A stretch of 21,095 nt of DNA from Desulfurococcaceae archaeon (lineage in GTDB: Archaea > Thermoproteota > Thermoprotei_A > Sulfolobales > Desulfurococcaceae): positions 1-21,095 of the forward strand of contig JAWBBW010000022.1 of assembly GCA_038824035.1 (NCBI GenBank), read 5' to 3'. Shown in pieces: positions 16,805 through 21,095 of the stretch. The position numbers and the translations under genes are program-made. Numbering within the stretch: the first letter of the stretch is position 1; each line of letters opens with the position of its first letter. The notes below the pieces were generated by a model that saw nothing but the letters and a program-made list of their open reading frames with translations, searched no databases and was not told the origin of the DNA.

Positions 16805-17774
16805 TCACCCTATATATAGCCAACACCTGACCCAGTGGTCTTTGTCTATCTCTATATATGGTGGTTTCTCATTACACTTTGGCGATGCGTATTTACACCT
16901 AGGTTTGAATCTACAGCCCTGCGGTGGATTGATCAGGTCAGGGGGTAGTCCAGGTATCCGTGTCAAATCCGTTATCTCGCCTCTAAGTCTTGGAATACTT
17001 CCAAGCAAGCCTTGTGTATACGGATGAGCCGGTTTCCCATATAACAATTCACTTGGAGCATATTCCACGAATTCCCCTGCATACATTATCGCCACTTTAT
17101 CAGCGATCTCGGCTATTAGGCTTAGGTCGTGTGATATGAGTATTATCGACAGGTTCAACTCCTTTTTGAGCCTTTTGATCAAATTCATGATCTGGGCTTG
17201 GACAACGACATCGAGTGCTGTGGTGGGCTCATCGGCGATTAACACATCGGGGTTCAAGGCGAGTGCCATTGCTATTAAGACCCTTTGCTTCATACCACCC
17301 GATAATTCGTGGGGATAGCTTTTAACGCGTGATGGATCTATTCCAACCATCTTTAATAACTTCTTGGCCTCTTCTAATCCTTCTTTCCTAGTGTAATTGC
17401 GATGTAAGACGAACACCTCTGCTATTTGATCTCCAATCGTGTATACAGGGTTCAAGGCGTTCATAGCGCCTTGGAATATCATTGAAATGCCTTTCCACCT
17501 GATCTCTCTTCGGAAATCCTCGTCACTGAGCTTAAGGATATCCCTGCCCCTAAATATTATCCTACCACCCACTATTCTGCCTGGGGGAGGGACAAGACGT
17601 ATCAGGGTATACGCCAATGTGCTCTTCCCACAGCCCGATTCACCAGCTATTCCAAGGCTTTCCCCTTTATTCAGTGAAAAGGACACGTCATCAACGGCCT
17701 TTACAATACCCCTCGTTGTGTAAAAATTATGTCTTCACGCTTTCAACGCTAAGCAGTGTCTCGGCCAAATCCAT
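16805..17774 (-). pseudogene. oppD: Oligopeptide/dipeptide-family ABC ATP-binding subunit D with a 1-nt insertion near the 5' end
   Basis: ATG 17774 (GGAGTG upstream) gives MDLAETLLSVESVKT then TAA. Removing one base at 17727/17728 restores ...VKTYFYTTRGIVKAVDDVSF into the 293-aa ORF carrying GESGCGKS, QGAMNALNPV, LSGGMKQR, ADEPTTALD. Confidence 0.9.
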
Positions 17775-17903
17775 ATCACACTCCTGTGTTTAGTTGTGAT
17801 ATGAGTGTCCTTAATTCAAAGTATATTATTAAATATTAAATATGTTTCAGTTAAATTATGTCTTAGCGGTTTAAGCACTTGTTGAAAAGGGATTGTTCCC
17901 GAA

Positions 17904-18956
17904 ATGGGCATGGAATTCAAGGCCATAGGTAGATATAGTGATGGCAGGACGATATATAGCGTGAGAGGCGATGTACCAGCATACGGTTACATAGCGATAG
18001 GGGTTATAGATAGGGGTACAAATGTCCTCCAGGTACGGCCAACTACTATTTGCCCTCAAAACTGCGTGTTTTGTAGTGTGGATGCTGGCATTAAGTCGTC
18101 GAATAGATGGGCCGAATATATCGTGGAGCCAGATATCATTGTGAGAGGGATAGAGGAGGCAACTGTGGTTAAAGGACATGGTGTTGAGGCATTGATAGAT
18201 ACCATAGGAGATGCACTGACTTATCCATACCTAGTAGAGCTGGTATACATGCTCAAGAAAATACCCGGTGTGTCTTCGGTGGCGATTGAAACACATGGCG
18301 CACTGCTCTCCAAGCAATTGATAGACAGGTTGAACGAGGCTGGTCTCGATAGAATCAATTTGAGCATAGATACATTGAACTCGGAAAAGGCTAAGATGCT
18401 TTATGGTATACCATATTACGACCTAGGGAGAGTTGTGAAACTGGCAGAGTATATCGTCAAGGAGACCAACATAGATCTCCACGTAACACCACTTTGGCTT
18501 CCAGGACTGAATGACGAGGATGTGGAGAACGTGGTTAAATGGGCACTGAGAATTGGGGCTGGTAAGAAATGGCCCCCTGTAACCATCCAGAAACCCATCA
18601 AGCACAAATACGGCAGGTGGCCCAGTGGTGTCAGAAAAGTATCGTGGAGTGAGTTTTGGAATTGGCTAGAGAGGTTAGAGAGAAAACTCGGCACAAGGCT
18701 TAAATGGAACATGGATGAGTGGGGGATGAGGTATTCCAAGAGAATTAACATAGGCTACAGAATTGGCGATGTGGTCGCGGTTAACATAGTTGCCCGAGGA
18801 TGGGTTAAGGGGGAATACCTGGGTGTGACGAAGGCTAACCCGCCACGGCTCATCGGCTTATCCATATTTGGGAAAAAACCCTCGTTCAACGAGACATTAT
18901 ATGCCAAGATAACCAGTGTCTACGATAGCATCATACTAGGCCGTATCCTGAGTTAA
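17904..18956 (+). CDS. Archaeal radical SAM protein (COG2100-like) with C-terminal TRAM-like domain
   Basis: GVIDRGTNVLQVRPTTICPQNCVFCSVDAG (CxxxCxxC), LDRINLS, HKYGR; beta-rich C-terminal segment. Confidence 0.88.
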   Translation: MGMEFKAIGRYSDGRTIYSVRGDVPAYGYIAIGVIDRGTNVLQVRPTTICPQNCVFCSVDAGIKSSNRWAEYIVEPDIIVRGIEEATVVKGHGVEALIDTIGDALTYPYLVELVYMLKKIPGVSSVAIETHGALLSKQLIDRLNEAGLDRINLSIDTLNSEKAKMLYGIPYYDLGRVVKLAEYIVKETNIDLHVTPLWLPGLNDEDVENVVKWALRIGAGKKWPPVTIQKPIKHKYGRWPSGVRKVSWSEFWNWLERLERKLGTRLKWNMDEWGMRYSKRINIGYRIGDVVAVNIVARGWVKGEYLGVTKANPPRLIGLSIFGKKPSFNETLYAKITSVYDSIILGRILS

Positions 18957-18962
18957 AACGAT

Positions 18963-20677
18963 CTACATTGTCCTTAAACGCGGCTCCACTATTCTCTCTA
19001 TAGCTAGGCTTAACAATACAAATGTCAGAGATGTCAATGACAATAATAATCCCGGGGGTATTATCCACCACCATATATCGTAGCGTCCAACATTCCTGGC
19101 ATCAGCCAGCACAGAGCCCCATGTTGGCCATCCATGTCTCAGACCAAGGATACTCAGACCGGCCTCGGTCAATATAGCGGCCGGCACATTGAAAACAAGC
19201 ATCGCGACAGCATACATCATTACTTGTGGAAATATGTGCTTAAATATTATCCTGATATTCGAGGATCCAATGGCTTTAGCCGCCTCTATGTAAGGTTCTT
19301 CCTTTATGCTAAGAGTCATGGCCCTCACGGTTATAGCTAGCCCTCCCCACGAAAACACCACTAAGAGCCCTACATAAAGCATTATTATATAGAGAGACTT
19401 CATCTCTCCGGGGGTAGTGTTTTCTGCGCTATTGTCCCCACTATGATCATCAGTGGGAGAAATGGTATATTGGCGAGGACATCTACTGTTCTCTGAATGA
19501 CCTCGTCTACTAAGCCACCATAATAACCGCTCACAATCCCAGCGATAACTCCGATCATTGTTGAAGAAACAGCGGCAACTAGCCCTATTAACAACGCTAT
19601 TGGGAACCCATAAAACAGTACCACTGCGAGATCTATGCCATTGATTATGGTGCCCATTAATCCATATGCCTTGCCTTTAACCACGATCTTGCTTTCACCT
19701 TTCTCCCACATCTCTGGCCTATCCTTTGCACCAGGATATAGCAATATCAATGTTATGTTATATCTACCAGTTAATGGTTGGAAATCTATGAAGAAATCTA
19801 GAAACGCGTTTGTCGTTGAAATTGTTGAATAATACCTGTCTAGGCTTGTCTTTAGATCACTAAGTATCCTGGAAGTATTCGTTAAACCCAATAAAAGCGC
19901 TTCCTTGGATAATTTCTCAACACTTGAAGAAAGCGCGCTCACGAGCCCCATTAAGTCAGATAAAGTCATTTTACCTATTTCATCAATACTATTGTTTACC
20001 AATTCAGCTTGTTTATGGAGAGTTGAAGCAAATAACTCATCGCCCTCCATCTTAGCAACTTCGCTAGCTCTGATCAACCCATCTACAATTGATTTTAAAA
20101 CGGGAATCTGAGCATCTCTCCTAGCTATAGAGTTTACGTTTCTTGGCTTCACGAATAGAGCTAACACAACATTGTATTTATTAGCAAGCTCGGTTCTCAT
20201 AGAATTCCTCAATATTACAGAAGCTATTGAGAGGGCGTTTGGATCCGTACCGATATAATCGGTTGGAATAGATATTTCGTATTTCTCGATTACTTGCGTA
20301 ACTAATTTAGCTAGATCCATTTCGCGCGGATCATTACTCCATACTACGTATGTCGTATTCCAGCCGGATCGCAATCCCTCGCAGGTTATGCCACTTATGG
20401 CGGGTGAGGCCCTCCATGCAATTAAGCTGATATTATCCGGCCTAGTTATTACCACGTTTACTAGAGGTGCGATTACGCTATTATTGATACATGCTATGGG
20501 GGTCTTCGCTTTTATAAACAGATCTTGTGGCATATCTTCTATTTTATATCTCCTTATTACGATCCTATCTGACCGAGGCCCTGTCTTAACCTCCTATGCA
20601 ATGGTGACAAGGGGCATTATAATTGAGAACACGATTATTGCAAATAACACCAATGCCAATATCCTATACGAAGACAT
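18963..20677 (-). pseudogene. oppC: Disrupted Opp/Dpp permease locus: signal-peptide-bearing oppA-like 5' end in frame with a 5'-truncated oppC; TAG at 20594-20596 and a frameshift at about 19404-19414
   Basis: ATG 20677 gives MSSYRILALVLFAIIVFSIIMPLVTIA*EVKTGPRSDRIVIRRYKIEDMPQ in frame with the 377-aa ORF, which ends in OppC TM segments (ALLIGLVAA...GYYGGLVDE...IPFLP). The 146-aa ORF in the next frame supplies the EAA loop (EPYIEAAKAIG), EAGLSILG and WWWIIPPG. Confidence 0.82.
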
Positions 20678-20780
20678 ACTCTCGCCTCTTTTAATAAAAT
20701 AATAGGTAAAAACCCATAGAAGGTTCTAAGAACTCTTTAATCGCCTATGTTATGAAAAGCCACTTTATGAAGTGTTCGCC

Positions 20781-21095
20781 ATGGAGATGGATATTCAGCT
20801 GGTAATGGCCTTGATAGGCTTAGCACTCATAGCAATAACACCTGTTATCGCGTTAATCGCCTCGATCTCTATTGAGGAAACAGTGATATATGAGAAAGAT
20901 GTAGATCTCTCATCGAATAAGCCTATATCCCTGCCTCTATTGTTCAATGAAACAGCTATGTTAAGTCTCAGAGATCCTTTGTTGATAATTAAGAACAAAG
21001 GCGATACAGATGTAGTGGTCAATCTACATGGATGTAACGAGATAACGGAAAAGTCATTACTACGCCCTCATCAGGCACTAGAAATCAAGATCTAT
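20781..21095 (+). CDS. Membrane-anchored/exported hypothetical protein (partial, runs off the window)
   Basis: Open frame from ATG 20781 to the window end (105 codons): MEMDIQLVMALIGLALIAITPVIALIASISIEE..., an N-terminal hydrophobic helix followed by a beta-rich segment. Absent from the ORF track because no stop lies in the window. Confidence 0.7.
   Translation, partial: MEMDIQLVMALIGLALIAITPVIALIASISIEETVIYEKDVDLSSNKPISLPLLFNETAMLSLRDPLLIIKNKGDTDVVVNLHGCNEITEKSLLRPHQALEIKIY

Noticed and set aside
248-20596. Alternative genetic code (TGA=Trp, TAG=Gln or Pyl) explaining the in-frame stops
   Set aside because: TGG encodes Trp throughout, and TGA and TAG terminate many intact genes at their expected ends (e.g. 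MBL TGA; GT2, lhr and aminotransferase TAG); frameshifts co-occur in the same locus.
1-21095. CRISPR array, tRNA, rRNA, transposase or integrase
   Set aside because: No periodic repeats, no T-loop/acceptor-stem pattern in the intergenic gaps, and no ORF with recombinase or transposase motifs.

Overview
Gene-dense chromosomal segment from an archaeon. The gene families, TATA/BRE promoters, GGTGA/GGAGG-type ribosome-binding sites and a box C/D sRNA point to a thermophilic Thermoproteota (probably Desulfurococcales); the taxonomy is inferred. Contents in order: a GH1 beta-glycosidase with an in-frame TGA at a conserved Trp; a Cys-free thioredoxin-like protein; a ~185-nt ORF-free structured element behind its own promoter; an operon (MBL hydrolase, 60-aa protein, box C/D sRNA, Zn-finger protein, PfkB kinase); a processive-type GT2; an Lhr helicase; an HTH/hypothetical/DUF2192 operon; a degenerate MDR dehydrogenase; a class I aminotransferase; a B12-binding-type radical SAM protein; an HMG-CoA synthase fused in frame to DUF35 with no thiolase gene; and a damaged Opp/Dpp ABC locus (oppA-like 5' end joined to oppC, TAG, two frameshifts) interrupted by a COG2100-type radical SAM gene. 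Most notable: the HMGCS-DUF35 fusion, lesions confined to nutrient-scavenging genes, the dual-guide sRNA matching 16S rRNA, and the unexplained element at 1906-2091. No CRISPR array, tRNA, rRNA or transposase was found. All family calls come from motif recognition by eye, not database searches.
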